Shown piece after piece: positions 49,681 through 58,263 of a stretch of 58,263 nucleotides of DNA. Location: positions 1 through 58,263 of the forward strand of contig JAMDEO010000118.1 in the NCBI GenBank assembly GCA_023483915.1. The letters are read 5' to 3'. How positions within the stretch are numbered: the stretch's first letter is position 1; the number at the start of each line of letters is the position of its first letter. The DNA comes from Actinomycetota bacterium. GTDB lineage: Bacteria > Actinomycetota > Thermoleophilia > RBG-16-64-13. The notes beneath the pieces are model-generated. The model saw only the letters and a list, made by a program, of their open reading frames with translations. It had not been told where the DNA came from and made no database searches. The position numbers were made by a program, and so were the translations under genes.

Positions 49681-50271
49681 ATGATGAATGCGTACCGTCG
49701 GAAGCACTCCGAGGCATTGGGCCCGCTCTTGGCCCTCGTTGTTGTTTCTGTCGCAATGAGCACCTTCTGGCTGGTGGGCTGCACCTCGGGCGATAAGACC
49801 GGCGGGTCGACCACCTCCTCGAGCGAGACCCAGGGAGCTCAGTCCGGGGACGTGACCGGTGACGTGGGTACGTCCATTGCAGTGGCGGATGTTCGTATCA
49901 CCGTCAAGTCTCTTGAGGCTACGTTCCAGCCGGCACAACCGGCCCAGCGCCTCAGCGAAGGGACGCCGTCTGCACCTGCTGCCGGCGAGTCTTTCTATCA
50001 GGCGTATGTGCGCGTGGAGAACCTTGGAGTGGCGCCGGTCAGGGTAGATCCCCGGGATTTTGCCTGTCTCGTCGGCAATGCGATCGTTGCCATCGAACCT
50101 ACACGGTCTGGTCCACTCCCCCGGAGCCTACTGAAGAACACCTCGCTTGATCTGATCCTAACCTTCAAGGCCGATGCAGGTTTCGTGCCGGAGTTGATCT
50201 ACAGCCCGCCCTGGTATGACGGCACCATCACGGTGAGTCCCGGCCAAGAGGGCAGCTCAACTACTAGCTAG
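49681..50271 (+). CDS. Lipoprotein, DUF4352-like
   Basis: Signal plus lipobox (LALVVVSVAMSTFWLVGCTSG), Ser/Thr linker, then a beta-rich domain (VRITVKSLE...YVRVENLGVAPVRVDPRDF). Confidence 0.55.
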   Translation: MMNAYRRKHSEALGPLLALVVVSVAMSTFWLVGCTSGDKTGGSTTSSSETQGAQSGDVTGDVGTSIAVADVRITVKSLEATFQPAQPAQRLSEGTPSAPAAGESFYQAYVRVENLGVAPVRVDPRDFACLVGNAIVAIEPTRSGPLPRSLLKNTSLDLILTFKADAGFVPELIYSPPWYDGTITVSPGQEGSSTTS

Positions 50272-50917
50272 GCTGCAGCGTCCACGCGACAGCGCGCACG
50301 GGGGCTCCGTCAGCGTCCGCAACCGCGAGGGGAAGGAAGAAGCACTGCACTCTTCCCGGCCCCAGCAGGTGGAGATTGCATAGGTTCTCTGCGAGCAAGA
50401 TGTCCGCACCCAGCAGCAGCTGGTGGATCGGGTAGGGCTTGTCGTCGAGTCCGGACGCATCGGTGCCGACGAGCGTTACCCCGTGGGCCACGAGCAGTCT
50501 CGCGGCATCAAGGTCGAGGCCGGCGTGTTGACGCCCCGTCCAAAGAAGAATGAAGTCGCCGCGATTCACGGGCCACTGGTCCAGTTTTCTGGCGAGGAAG
50601 TCTCGACCTATGACGCTGGGCGCCTCAAGGCGGACGTCAACGACCACCGCTTCGCCGATTAGCCGCGCTACTGGGTAGTCGCCGAGCACCGCACCGCCCG
50701 GAAAGAAATGACGGGGAGCATCGAGGTGAGTGCCCGAATGTGAGCCGAGGCAGATCTGGGTCACCTGATATCCGTGGGACCGGTGGTTCGCCACCCGGGT
50801 CAGGCTAACCGCCGGATCACCCTGCAAGACGGGGGTTTGAGTATGCAAGGGGCGGGTGAGATCAACGATCTGACGGCCGCCGGCGCCCGGCCGGCCGTCA
50901 CTCGAATTCGCTCTCAT
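50264..50917 (-). CDS. Cyclase family protein (kynurenine formamidase-like)
   Basis: GSHSGTHLDAPRHF (HxGTHxDAPxH), LVGTDASGLD, and LLGADILLAENLCNL. Confidence 0.8.
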   Translation of the reverse strand: MRANSSDGRPGAGGRQIVDLTRPLHTQTPVLQGDPAVSLTRVANHRSHGYQVTQICLGSHSGTHLDAPRHFFPGGAVLGDYPVARLIGEAVVVDVRLEAPSVIGRDFLARKLDQWPVNRGDFILLWTGRQHAGLDLDAARLLVAHGVTLVGTDASGLDDKPYPIHQLLLGADILLAENLCNLHLLGPGRVQCFFLPLAVADADGAPVRAVAWTLQPS

Positions 50918-50970
50918 CGCAACATCAACATGCCACTCGTCGCAGCCTGCTCTGGCTCGGTGGCCAGGGC

Positions 50971-51312
50971 CTACCGGAACAGGTTGAGAAGGAACACCAG
51001 GTCGTCCGTCGATTTCACGGCGTGGTACTGACCGGCCGGCATGTAGTAGATCGAGCTCGGAGACGCATCGTAATCCGTTTCGCCTAGCGTTATGGTTCCC
51101 TCTCCCCGGAGAACGTGAATGGTTGCCGGGGTCCCGGCTGCGTGGCCGGACAGAGACTGCCCCGTCCGCATACTGAAGTGGACGATCTTGCTCTTGGGGC
51201 AGTCGATGAGGGTCTTACTCACGATGCCCCGCTCGGCGAATTGGACGAGCTCGTTGAGGTTGCCCACCCACGGCTGGTCGCAGTCAAAGTCCGCAGAAGT
51301 AGTATCAGACAT
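50971..51312 (-). CDS. Cupin domain protein
   Basis: 113 aa. GHAAGTPATIHVLRGEGTITLGETDYDASPSSIYYMPAGQYHAV is a cupin_2 two-motif pattern. Confidence 0.7.
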   Translation of the reverse strand: MSDTTSADFDCDQPWVGNLNELVQFAERGIVSKTLIDCPKSKIVHFSMRTGQSLSGHAAGTPATIHVLRGEGTITLGETDYDASPSSIYYMPAGQYHAVKSTDDLVFLLNLFR

Positions 51313-51357
51313 TGCCGGCTCCTTGTGTTGCTGCGCGTTCGCGCGTGCTGCCCATCG

Positions 51358-52329
51358 CTAGTAGGTTGTAGGAAGGCCCGTAGCATCTCTGACCCGATGC
51401 ATTACCTGTTGGGCTACCGCGCGGGCGCGCTTGCCCCCCTCCCTGAGGACGTCCATGACATAGTCGGGCTCCCTTTCCAGTTGGCGCCGACGCTCGCGGT
51501 AGGGTGCGAAGGTTTCATCGACTAGTTGCAGGAGGCGCTTCTTTACGTCTCCGTATCCCAGCCCCCCGGCCCTGTAGCGGATCTCCCATTCGGCCGTCTC
51601 GTCAGGAGCCGCCAGAAGCCGGAGCAACAAGAAGGGAGTGGAGGTCTCCGGATCCTTTGGATCCGTGACCGAAATGGAGTCGGTGACGATGCTCATCACC
51701 CGCTTCTTGAGAGCCGGGCCTTCATCGAAGATGCCGATCTCATTGCCATAGCTCTTAGACATCTTTCGTCCATCGACACCCGGAACCACTGCGGTGCTGT
51801 CGAGGATGTAAGGTTCCGGAATAACGAGAATATCCCCAAACTGTTGGTTGAATTTCGCTGCGATATCTCGGGTCATCTCTATATGCTGCTTCTGGTCCTG
51901 CCCTACCGGCACGAGGTCAGACAAGTAGATCAGGATGTCGGCCGCCTGGAGCACCGGGTATGCGAAGAGGCCGTGGTTAGGGCTCAAACCCTGGGCGATC
52001 TTGTCTTTGTAGCTGACTGCTCGCTCGAGCATGCCTATCGGAGTGACGCAGGAGAGGATCCAGGACAACTCCGTTACCTCCGGGACATCTTGCTGAGCGA
52101 ACAGCGTGGCTTGAGCGGGATCGAGTCCGAGGGCCAAGAAATCAAGGGCGACACCGATCGTGTATTCGCGAAGCAGGGCTGAGTCTTGAACCGCCGTGAG
52201 CGCATGATAGCTGGCTATGAAGTAGAAAGGCTCGTTGCCTGATTGCAGGGAGATGTACTGGCGAATCGCGCCGTAGTAATTACCGAGGTGTGGGCGGCCT
52301 GATGGTTGTATTCCCGAGAGTATGCGCAT
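51358..52329 (-). CDS. trpS: Tryptophan--tRNA ligase
   Basis: ILSGIQPSGRPHLGNYYGAI (HIGH-type), VGQDQKQHIEMTRDIA, and KMSKS. Confidence 0.95.
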   Translation of the reverse strand: MRILSGIQPSGRPHLGNYYGAIRQYISLQSGNEPFYFIASYHALTAVQDSALLREYTIGVALDFLALGLDPAQATLFAQQDVPEVTELSWILSCVTPIGMLERAVSYKDKIAQGLSPNHGLFAYPVLQAADILIYLSDLVPVGQDQKQHIEMTRDIAAKFNQQFGDILVIPEPYILDSTAVVPGVDGRKMSKSYGNEIGIFDEGPALKKRVMSIVTDSISVTDPKDPETSTPFLLLRLLAAPDETAEWEIRYRAGGLGYGDVKKRLLQLVDETFAPYRERRRQLEREPDYVMDVLREGGKRARAVAQQVMHRVRDATGLPTTY

Positions 52330-52589
52330 TTTGCCCCTGGACTTTGGTGGTTCGAGCTAAGCGCAGTCTAGCGTAACCGAGCAAAAAGGGACTGGCGACG
52401 ATGACAACAATGGGGGTCGGCGCAAGATCGCGTCACCTGGTACGGCTGCACCAAATCCACTGGTATGCCTGGTCGCCATGTGGTATACACATCAATAAGC
52501 CCACTCTTTGCTTTGCATTGGCGAGTGCGCGCGGTGGATTTCTTGCGGTCAACCGGCAATGGTCACCCCAGTCCCAGGGGGAGTGCAAC

Positions 52590-53435
52590 ATGAGGGAGTT
52601 GGATGTCGGACGTGTCAGCGACGCCATAGCGGCGCTGGCCGTGGATGCCTGCTGCAATCTGGGTGAAGACGTGATTCGATTCCTGGATCAAGCCATAGAG
52701 CGTGAGAAGTCCGAGACCGGGCGGGATGTTTTGGTGCAGCTCCTGGAAAACGCTCGTCTGGCACACGACAAGCGGGCCCCTCTCTGCCAGGACACCGGTC
52801 TGGCGGTCGTCTTCCTCGAGGTTGGACAGGAAGTACACTTCACCGGCGGAGATCTTGAGACTGCCGTGAATGAGGGCGTTCAGAGGGGCTATACCAACGG
52901 CTATCTGAGGAAGTCCGCGGTAGCTGATCCGATTGGAGCCCGCAAGAATACGGATGACAATACCCCGGCGATGCTCCATACCCGCATCGTGCCGGGGGAC
53001 AAGGTCCGGGTGACCCTCGCCCCTAAAGGCGGCGGGGCCGAGAACATGAGCGCGCTTGCCATGCTCAAACCTTCGCAGGGGAGGCAGGGAGCAATAGACT
53101 TTATCGTGGATACCGTGAGCAAGGCCGGATCCAATGCCTGCCCGCCTATCATCGTGGGGGTCGGGATTGGCGGGACGTTTGAGAAAGTTGCCTACTTGGC
53201 GAAGCATGCCCTTCTTCGCGAAGTGGGGTCAACCAACCCAGATCCACGCTTGGCCGAACTCGAGGACGAAATCGAGCGGCGGTGCAATCTACTTGGTATC
53301 GGCCCGGCAGGACTGGGCGGCACCATCACGGTCATGGACGTATTCGTAGAGGAACTGCCCGCTCACATAGCCAGCATGCCTGTGGCAGTGAATATCCAGT
53401 GCAATTCCGCGCGGCACAAGAGGGTGATCCTCTGA
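52590..53435 (+). CDS. Class I (Fe-S) fumarate hydratase, alpha subunit
   Basis: PLCQDTGLAVVFLEVGQ...LAPKGGGAENMS...CPPIIVGVGIGGT. ATG at 52590 follows GGGGGAG. Confidence 0.9.
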   Translation: MRELDVGRVSDAIAALAVDACCNLGEDVIRFLDQAIEREKSETGRDVLVQLLENARLAHDKRAPLCQDTGLAVVFLEVGQEVHFTGGDLETAVNEGVQRGYTNGYLRKSAVADPIGARKNTDDNTPAMLHTRIVPGDKVRVTLAPKGGGAENMSALAMLKPSQGRQGAIDFIVDTVSKAGSNACPPIIVGVGIGGTFEKVAYLAKHALLREVGSTNPDPRLAELEDEIERRCNLLGIGPAGLGGTITVMDVFVEELPAHIASMPVAVNIQCNSARHKRVIL

Positions 53436-53995
53436 TGGACCGGGTCATCACGACGCCCCTTACGGATGAGCTTGTAGAGAGTCTGCACGCAGGAGACCGT
53501 CTGCTCATCACGGGCACCCTGTATACCGCCCGAGATGCCGCCCACAAACAATTGGCGGAACTCATCGACAAAGGTGAGCCGCTTCCCATCGACCTCAAGG
53601 GCCAGATCATCTATTTCGTCGGTCCTACTCCAGCCAGGCCGGGCGAGGTTATCGGGTCCGCCGGGCCTACGACCTCCGGCAGGATGGACGCCTATTCACC
53701 GAGGCTGCTCGACCTGGGTCTCAAGGGCATGATCGGAAAAGGCAGCCGCAATGAGGCCGTGCGAGAGTCACTGAAGCGTAACAAGGCTGTCTACATGGCA
53801 GCCACAGGAGGCGCGGCGGCGCTGCTGGCTCAGCGAATCACTGCGGCCAAGGTGGTGGCATACGAAGACCTTGGTCCCGAAGCCATTCGCGAGCTGCGGG
53901 TGAAGGAGTTTCCCGTAGTTGTAATCAATGACATGTACGGCGCCGACCTGTATGCCGAAGGGCGCAAGAAGTTCGAAAGGAAGGAGGATTCTTGA
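53435..53995 (+). CDS. Class I fumarate hydratase, beta subunit
   Basis: LLITGTLYTARDAAHK...IIYFVGPTPA.PG...GSAGPTTSGRMD...MIGKG.R. The ATG overlaps the alpha-subunit TGA (TGATG). Confidence 0.9.
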   Translation: MDRVITTPLTDELVESLHAGDRLLITGTLYTARDAAHKQLAELIDKGEPLPIDLKGQIIYFVGPTPARPGEVIGSAGPTTSGRMDAYSPRLLDLGLKGMIGKGSRNEAVRESLKRNKAVYMAATGGAAALLAQRITAAKVVAYEDLGPEAIRELRVKEFPVVVINDMYGADLYAEGRKKFERKEDS

Positions 53996-54390
53996 GCCGG
54001 AAACCCATTGAGATCGCCAATGTAGGGGCGGGTCTCTGGAAGGCAACAGGCATGTGGGCCTGGCTGCTCTTCCGGATCAGTGGCCTCATTCTCGTCTTCT
54101 ATCTTCTGGCCCACATCGCCATCATCTCCACAGGGCAGTTCGACAAGTTCGACTCGATCATGAAGAGCTTCGATACTCCGGTTCTTGTTCTTCTGGACTT
54201 GGCCCTGGTGGTGGCAGTTCTGTACCACGCCCTGAACGGAGTACGCATCATCCTGATGGACTTTGGCGTCGGCATCAAGCAACACAAGGCCATTTTCTGG
54301 GCCGCCATGGCCGTGGTGGTCATCTGTTTCGCCGTGTTCGCCTGGGTGGCTTTCACCTTCATCGCCACGGGCAAGGGGGTGATAAGTTGA
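53992..54390 (+). CDS. sdhC: Succinate dehydrogenase cytochrome b subunit
   Basis: 132 aa with three TM helices and conserved His residues (LLAHIAI, LYHALNGVRIILMDF). First gene of the sdh operon. Confidence 0.8.
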   Translation: MSRKPIEIANVGAGLWKATGMWAWLLFRISGLILVFYLLAHIAIISTGQFDKFDSIMKSFDTPVLVLLDLALVVAVLYHALNGVRIILMDFGVGIKQHKAIFWAAMAVVVICFAVFAWVAFTFIATGKGVIS

Positions 54391-54749
54391 AGGCCGAAGT
54401 TGTCTCCACTTATCGCGGAGGCATGTGGTCGTGGCTTTTCCAGCGGATCACAGCCGTCCTCCTCATTGTTTGCCTTGCGATTCACCTGGTACTGACCCAC
54501 TTCGCAAACATAGGCGAGCTGACCACCGACAACGTTGCTGGGCGCCTCGCCCATGCCGGGTTTACGGCCGTCGACATAATCCTTTTGGCAGCAGGCATTT
54601 TTCACGCTCTAAACGGTTTGCGCATGGTGCTGATGGACTACTGGTTCACCTCTCGGAGTCGGGCCATGGGGCTCTCCATCGTCCTGTGGGTGGTGGGGCT
54701 CGCAGCCATGGGATACGGAACCTGGGCGCTTTGGCCCTGGATCAGTTAG
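54387..54749 (+). CDS. sdhD: Succinate dehydrogenase hydrophobic membrane anchor subunit
   Basis: WSWLFQRITAVLLIVCLAIHL...IFHALNGLRMVLMDY. TTG 54387 overlaps the sdhC stop. ATG 54423 is an alternative start. Confidence 0.7.
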   Translation: MKAEVVSTYRGGMWSWLFQRITAVLLIVCLAIHLVLTHFANIGELTTDNVAGRLAHAGFTAVDIILLAAGIFHALNGLRMVLMDYWFTSRSRAMGLSIVLWVVGLAAMGYGTWALWPWIS

Positions 54750-54765
54750 GTAAGGTGAGCAAGAG

Positions 54766-56475
54766 ATGATCCATCATGACCTGATCGTTGTCGGAGGCGG
54801 TTTGTCCGGTCTCCGTGCGGCCATAGAAGCCAAGATGGCCGGCATCGACGTAGCCGTTCTATCGCAGGTGCATCCGGCCCGTAGCCACTCCGCTGCGGCC
54901 CAAGGCGGCATCAACGCAGCATTGGGCAACCATCCAAACGGGGCCGACGACAGCTGGGAGAGACACGCTTTCGATACCACCAAAGGGGGCGACTTCCTAG
55001 GCGACCAGGATGCCATCGTCCAAATGGCGAAGGACGCCATCCCCTGCATCTTCGAAATGGACCACTGGGGCTGCCCTTTCAGTCGGTTTGAGGACGGGCG
55101 CATCGCTCAGCGTCCCTTTGGGGGAGCGGGTTTTCCACGGACCTGCTACGGTGCCGACAAGACCGGGCACTACCTGCTTCACACGTTGGTGGAGCAGGCC
55201 TACAGGCTCCAGGTGAAGTTCTACGTGGAGCAGTACGTCACCGAGTTGATCGTGCACGAGGGCCTCTGCCAAGGAGTCGTCGCCTATGACATGATCCGCG
55301 GCGGATTCGAGGCTTTCACCGCCAACGCCGTGGTGGTTGCGACGGGCGGCTACGGCCGCATCTACAGCAACTCCACGAATGCCATCATCAACACCGGCAG
55401 CGGTATGGCGATGGCATACAGGGCGGGTGTGCCGCTGAAGGACATGGAGTTCGTCCAGTTCCACCCCACCGGCCTTCGGACCACCAACATTCTCATGTCG
55501 GAGGCCGCCCGGGGCGAAGGCGCCTACTTGGTAAACGGGCTGGGCGAACGCTTCATGGAACGTTACGCACCCAAGTTCATGGAGTTGGCGCCGCGCGACA
55601 TCACAGCTCGTTCGATCCAGACCGAGATCAACGAAGGACGCGGTATCAATGGGGAGCCGTATATCTACCTGGATATACGGCACCTGGGGGCCGAAAAGAT
55701 ACTCGAGCGGCTTCCCGGGATCCGCGACTTGGCCATCCACTTCGAAGGCGTCGACGCCATCGAAGCTCCGATCCCGATCGTGCCCAGCCAGCACTACAGC
55801 ATGGGCGGCATCGACACCAACATGAACGGGGCCACGATCATGCCCGGCCTGTTTGCCGCTGGGGAATGCGCCTGCGTGTCGGTCCACGGGCGAATCGGGC
55901 TGGGTGGCAACTCACTGCTGGAGACCATCGTGTTCGGTCGCCGCGCCGGGGCTGAAGTCATCCGCTTTTTCGCAGATCTGAGAGAGAAACGACCGAATGC
56001 CCGGACCGCCTTCGCCGCTGTCGAGAAGGTGGAGAACACAATGAAAACTTTGGCGGATCGTCCGGCCACCGTCGACGCCTATGCGTTGCGCACCGAGATG
56101 ACCGTCCTCATGAAGGAGCACTTCTTCCTATTTCGCGATGAGCCCACTATGAAGGCCGGCCTTGACAAGCTTGCGGACATCAAGGATCGGGTGAGCAAGA
56201 TCGGGCTGCGGTGGACAGGCAGCATCTTCAACGTCGATATGATCCGGACGTACGAGCTGGAAGGTATGATCGACGTGGCGCTGACAGTCGCCCAGGGCGC
56301 GTTGGTAAGGCAAGAATCTCGCGGGTCGCACTACCGCACCGACTACAGCACCCGGGATGATGCGAACTGGCTCAAGCACACCCTGGCTTTTTACCAGGCG
56401 GGTGTCTCTGGTCCACGACTCGACTTTAAGCCAGTGACCCTCGGGACCTTCGAGTTAGAGGAGCGGAAGTACTGA
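54766..56475 (+). CDS. sdhA: Succinate dehydrogenase flavoprotein subunit
   Basis: DLIVVGGGLSGLRAA...HSAAAQGGINAA...FVQFHPTG...SRGSHYRTDY. Confidence 0.95.
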   Translation: MIHHDLIVVGGGLSGLRAAIEAKMAGIDVAVLSQVHPARSHSAAAQGGINAALGNHPNGADDSWERHAFDTTKGGDFLGDQDAIVQMAKDAIPCIFEMDHWGCPFSRFEDGRIAQRPFGGAGFPRTCYGADKTGHYLLHTLVEQAYRLQVKFYVEQYVTELIVHEGLCQGVVAYDMIRGGFEAFTANAVVVATGGYGRIYSNSTNAIINTGSGMAMAYRAGVPLKDMEFVQFHPTGLRTTNILMSEAARGEGAYLVNGLGERFMERYAPKFMELAPRDITARSIQTEINEGRGINGEPYIYLDIRHLGAEKILERLPGIRDLAIHFEGVDAIEAPIPIVPSQHYSMGGIDTNMNGATIMPGLFAAGECACVSVHGRIGLGGNSLLETIVFGRRAGAEVIRFFADLREKRPNARTAFAAVEKVENTMKTLADRPATVDAYALRTEMTVLMKEHFFLFRDEPTMKAGLDKLADIKDRVSKIGLRWTGSIFNVDMIRTYELEGMIDVALTVAQGALVRQESRGSHYRTDYSTRDDANWLKHTLAFYQAGVSGPRLDFKPVTLGTFELEERKY

Positions 56476-57200
56476 TGCCTGAAGCAATCTTTCGCATTAA
56501 GCGCCACGATCCTCACAAGAAAGAGGAAGCGCCCCGCTGGGACGAGTTCAAGGTTCAGTACGAAGGAGAGAACCTCACGGTATTGGAGGGTCTCTTCTAC
56601 ATCCAAGAGAACCTCGACGGGAGCTTGTCCTTCCGCTATTGCTGCCGGGCTTCGATCTGCGGAAGCTGCGCCATGTATATCAACGGCGCGTACCGGCTGG
56701 CCTGTCAGACCAACGTGAGGCACCTCACCGGGAACATCGTCACCGTGGAGCCCATGCCGCGTCTCCCCCTGGTGAAGGATCTGGTCTGCGAGATGGACGA
56801 CTTCTTCGCGAAGTATGAGTACATCAAACCCTGGTTGATCCGGAACTCGAAAGACCCAGATCGCGAGATTATGCAGTCACCCGCAGACCGTCACAAGCTC
56901 AACATGCCGGTGGACTGCATCCTGTGCGGTTGCTGCTACTCCAGTTGCCCGTCGGTATGGGGTGAGGACAACTACCTAGGACCAGCCGCATTGTTGAAGG
57001 CTTACCGCTTCGAGGTTGATTCCCGGGACGAGGCCCGCAGGGAGCGGTTGCCTCTCTTCGCGAACGAGCGCGGGGTCTATCGCTGCCATACGATCATGAA
57101 CTGTGTGGAGGCTTGTCCAAAGGAGCTGAGTCCCACCGAAGGGATCCAGTGGCTCAAGAAGGCCGCGGTACGGCGCCGGCTGTTCGGCAGGGCCAAGTAG
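56475..57200 (+). CDS. sdhB: Succinate dehydrogenase iron-sulfur subunit
   Basis: CRASICGSCAMYINGAYRLAC, CILCGCCYSSCP, and CHTIMNCVEACPK. Confidence 0.95.
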   Translation: MPEAIFRIKRHDPHKKEEAPRWDEFKVQYEGENLTVLEGLFYIQENLDGSLSFRYCCRASICGSCAMYINGAYRLACQTNVRHLTGNIVTVEPMPRLPLVKDLVCEMDDFFAKYEYIKPWLIRNSKDPDREIMQSPADRHKLNMPVDCILCGCCYSSCPSVWGEDNYLGPAALLKAYRFEVDSRDEARRERLPLFANERGVYRCHTIMNCVEACPKELSPTEGIQWLKKAAVRRRLFGRAK

Positions 57201-57207
57201 AGAGAAC

Positions 57208-57227
57208 GGCCCGGGGCACCCCGGGCC
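57208..57227 (+). terminator. GC-rich hairpin after sdhB (possible terminator)
   Basis: GGCCCGG-GGCACC-CCGGGCC, followed by CGCATCTTT. The U tract is weak. Confidence 0.4.
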
Positions 57228-57426
57228 CGCATCTTTAGGCGAACGCGCTGAGCCGACCGCCCAGCAATAGTGGGCTGTGCTGAATTGGCGTGCGTCTCCG
57301 ACTGGACCCAACGCTGCTTCGGCTACGCCTGGGGGCGCCAACCGGCTTGCTTCCCCGAATGGCATACTGGGAATCCTTTTCTGCAAAGGTGTGATCAGAT
57401 TCCATCCGATGCAGGGGAGGTAAACC

Positions 57427-57741
57427 ATGCGCATGCTTGTCAAGTTCTCTATGCCCACGGACGTCTTCAATGAATATGTGAGGGACGGTACTGCCGCATC
57501 GATGCTGGAGAAGCTCGTAGGGGCGCTCCAGCCGGAGGCCGCATACTTCGTTGCCATGGAGGGAGTACGCACCGCGCTGGTGGTCGCCGACGTGAAAGAG
57601 CCGTCCGAGATGGTCAAAGCGGCAGAGCCATTCTTCCTGGCAATGGAGGCTGGGGTGGAGTTCTATCCGGCCATGACTGCGGAAGACCTCAAGAAGGCGG
57701 CTCCCTATTTCGACATAGCTCTGAAAGAATTCCCAGGGTGA
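57427..57741 (+). CDS. Small conserved-looking hypothetical protein (104 aa)
   Basis: ATG preceded by GGGGAGG. MRMLVKFSMPTDVFNEYVRDGTAASMLEKLVGALQPEAAYFV...AEPFFLAMEAGVEFYPAMTAEDLKKA looks like a small alpha/beta protein family that I cannot name with confidence. Confidence 0.5.
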   Translation: MRMLVKFSMPTDVFNEYVRDGTAASMLEKLVGALQPEAAYFVAMEGVRTALVVADVKEPSEMVKAAEPFFLAMEAGVEFYPAMTAEDLKKAAPYFDIALKEFPG

Positions 57742-57774
57742 CGGACCGGCTGGAGCGGAAAGGGGACAGCAGAT

Positions 57775-57960
57775 ATGCCTGTGGTGATCGTCAAGATGCT
57801 CGAAGGAAGGACCACCGATCAGAAACGCCAATTGGCGAGGGAGATCACCGATGTCATTACCCGGGTTACGGGCGCTCCTGAAGACCAGGTAGACGTGGTC
57901 ATAGAAGACCATCCCCGGGAGAACTGGGCGAAGGCAGGGGTGCTCTACGCTGACAAATAG
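57775..57960 (+). CDS. 4-oxalocrotonate tautomerase family enzyme
   Basis: MPVVIVKMLEGRTTDQKRQLAREITDVITRVTGAPEDQVDVVI. N-terminal Pro after Met, 61 aa. Confidence 0.85.
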   Translation: MPVVIVKMLEGRTTDQKRQLAREITDVITRVTGAPEDQVDVVIEDHPRENWAKAGVLYADK

Positions 57961-58065
57961 AGGGGCGGCTCGGCGACCCCCCTCTCAGCCCGATGGCAGG
58001 GCTGCAACCGGCAGTCTGCCCCGCTCTTCCTCGGGCGGCACTGCAGTCGCAGTTAGGGGTTGAGC

Positions 58066-58263
58066 CTAGACCCCGTATGCGTCGGCCAGGAGAATGATGG
58101 GATGGACAGCCCGAAGGCCCGTTGCCTGAACTATCTGCATACGGCAGGTACTGCACTCGCTTGCTACCAAATCGGGAGCGACCTCGGCTATTCGCTGGAA
58201 CAGTGGCCTGCCGGAAAGCATGGAAAGATCATAGGTGGCCGCCTTCATCCCAAAGGTACCGGC
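58066..58263 (-). CDS. (Fe-S)-binding protein with cysteine-rich CCG domain (GlcF/GlpC/LutA-like), C-terminal fragment; the N-terminus lies beyond the right window edge
   Basis: GTFGMKAATYDLSMLSGRPLFQRI...LVASECSTCRMQI...HPIILLADAYGV is the typical C-terminal CCG motif region. The frame is open to the window end. Confidence 0.6.
   Translation of the reverse strand, partial: AGTFGMKAATYDLSMLSGRPLFQRIAEVAPDLVASECSTCRMQIVQATGLRAVHPIILLADAYGV

Noticed and set aside
52330-52589. A possible T-box leader or Trp attenuator upstream of trpS (260-nt divergent spacer with several TGG/CCA-containing repeats).
   Set aside because: On the trpS strand I found no conserved T-box sequence (GGGUGGUACCGCG-like), no tandem UGG leader peptide and no convincing terminator/antiterminator pair. 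Infernal should still be run.

Overview
High-GC bacterial chromosomal segment (GC not computed, about 60% by eye) centred on the replication origin. The core is a housekeeping block. On the minus strand: gyrA, gyrB, dciA (DUF721), recF, an S4-like gene, dnaN, dnaA. On the plus strand: rpmH, rnpA, yidD/yidC, jag, mnmE, mnmG, rsmG, parA, parB. DnaA-box clusters lie on both sides of dnaA, giving a bipartite oriC-like layout. A 1.38-kb IS element with about 60-bp imperfect terminal inverted repeats sits between the upstream box cluster and the rpmH promoter. The left flank carries envelope-glycan genes (O-antigen-ligase-like, DUF4330, Tat-lipoprotein flavoprotein, wecB), larB, a frameshifted amidohydrolase, ddl, a degenerate GGDEF membrane protein, a USP gene, a stand-alone tRNA-Ile(GAU)/tRNA-Ala(UGC) pair, a BFN nuclease, chorismate mutase, a catalytically degenerate CbiA/CobB homologue and a YugP peptidase. 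The right flank carries a SIMPL lipoprotein, a Roadblock/LC7 pair, cobO and a tightly packed minus-strand block (GT4, two GH57, SAM hydrolase, rlmN). It continues with trpB2, DUF72, a cyclase, a cupin, trpS, two-subunit class I fumarase, sdhCDAB, a 4-OT tautomerase and a partial Fe-S CCG protein. I found no CRISPR array, no rRNA, no recognisable defence, toxin-antitoxin or phage module, and no clear novel multi-gene system. This is mostly ordinary core genome. The best candidates for undescribed biology are single genes wedged into conserved operons: (1) a GHKL-ATPase/winged-helix protein between the DnaA-box cluster and dnaA, (2) an MnmG-like flavoprotein between mnmE and mnmG, (3) a dead CbiA/CobB homologue, (4) an insertion of about 90 aa in RlmN, and (5) an in-frame yidD-yidC ORF. 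All product calls come from reading the supplied translations and my own hand translation. No database search was run. Many ORF-track entries are GC-rich shadow frames and were ignored.
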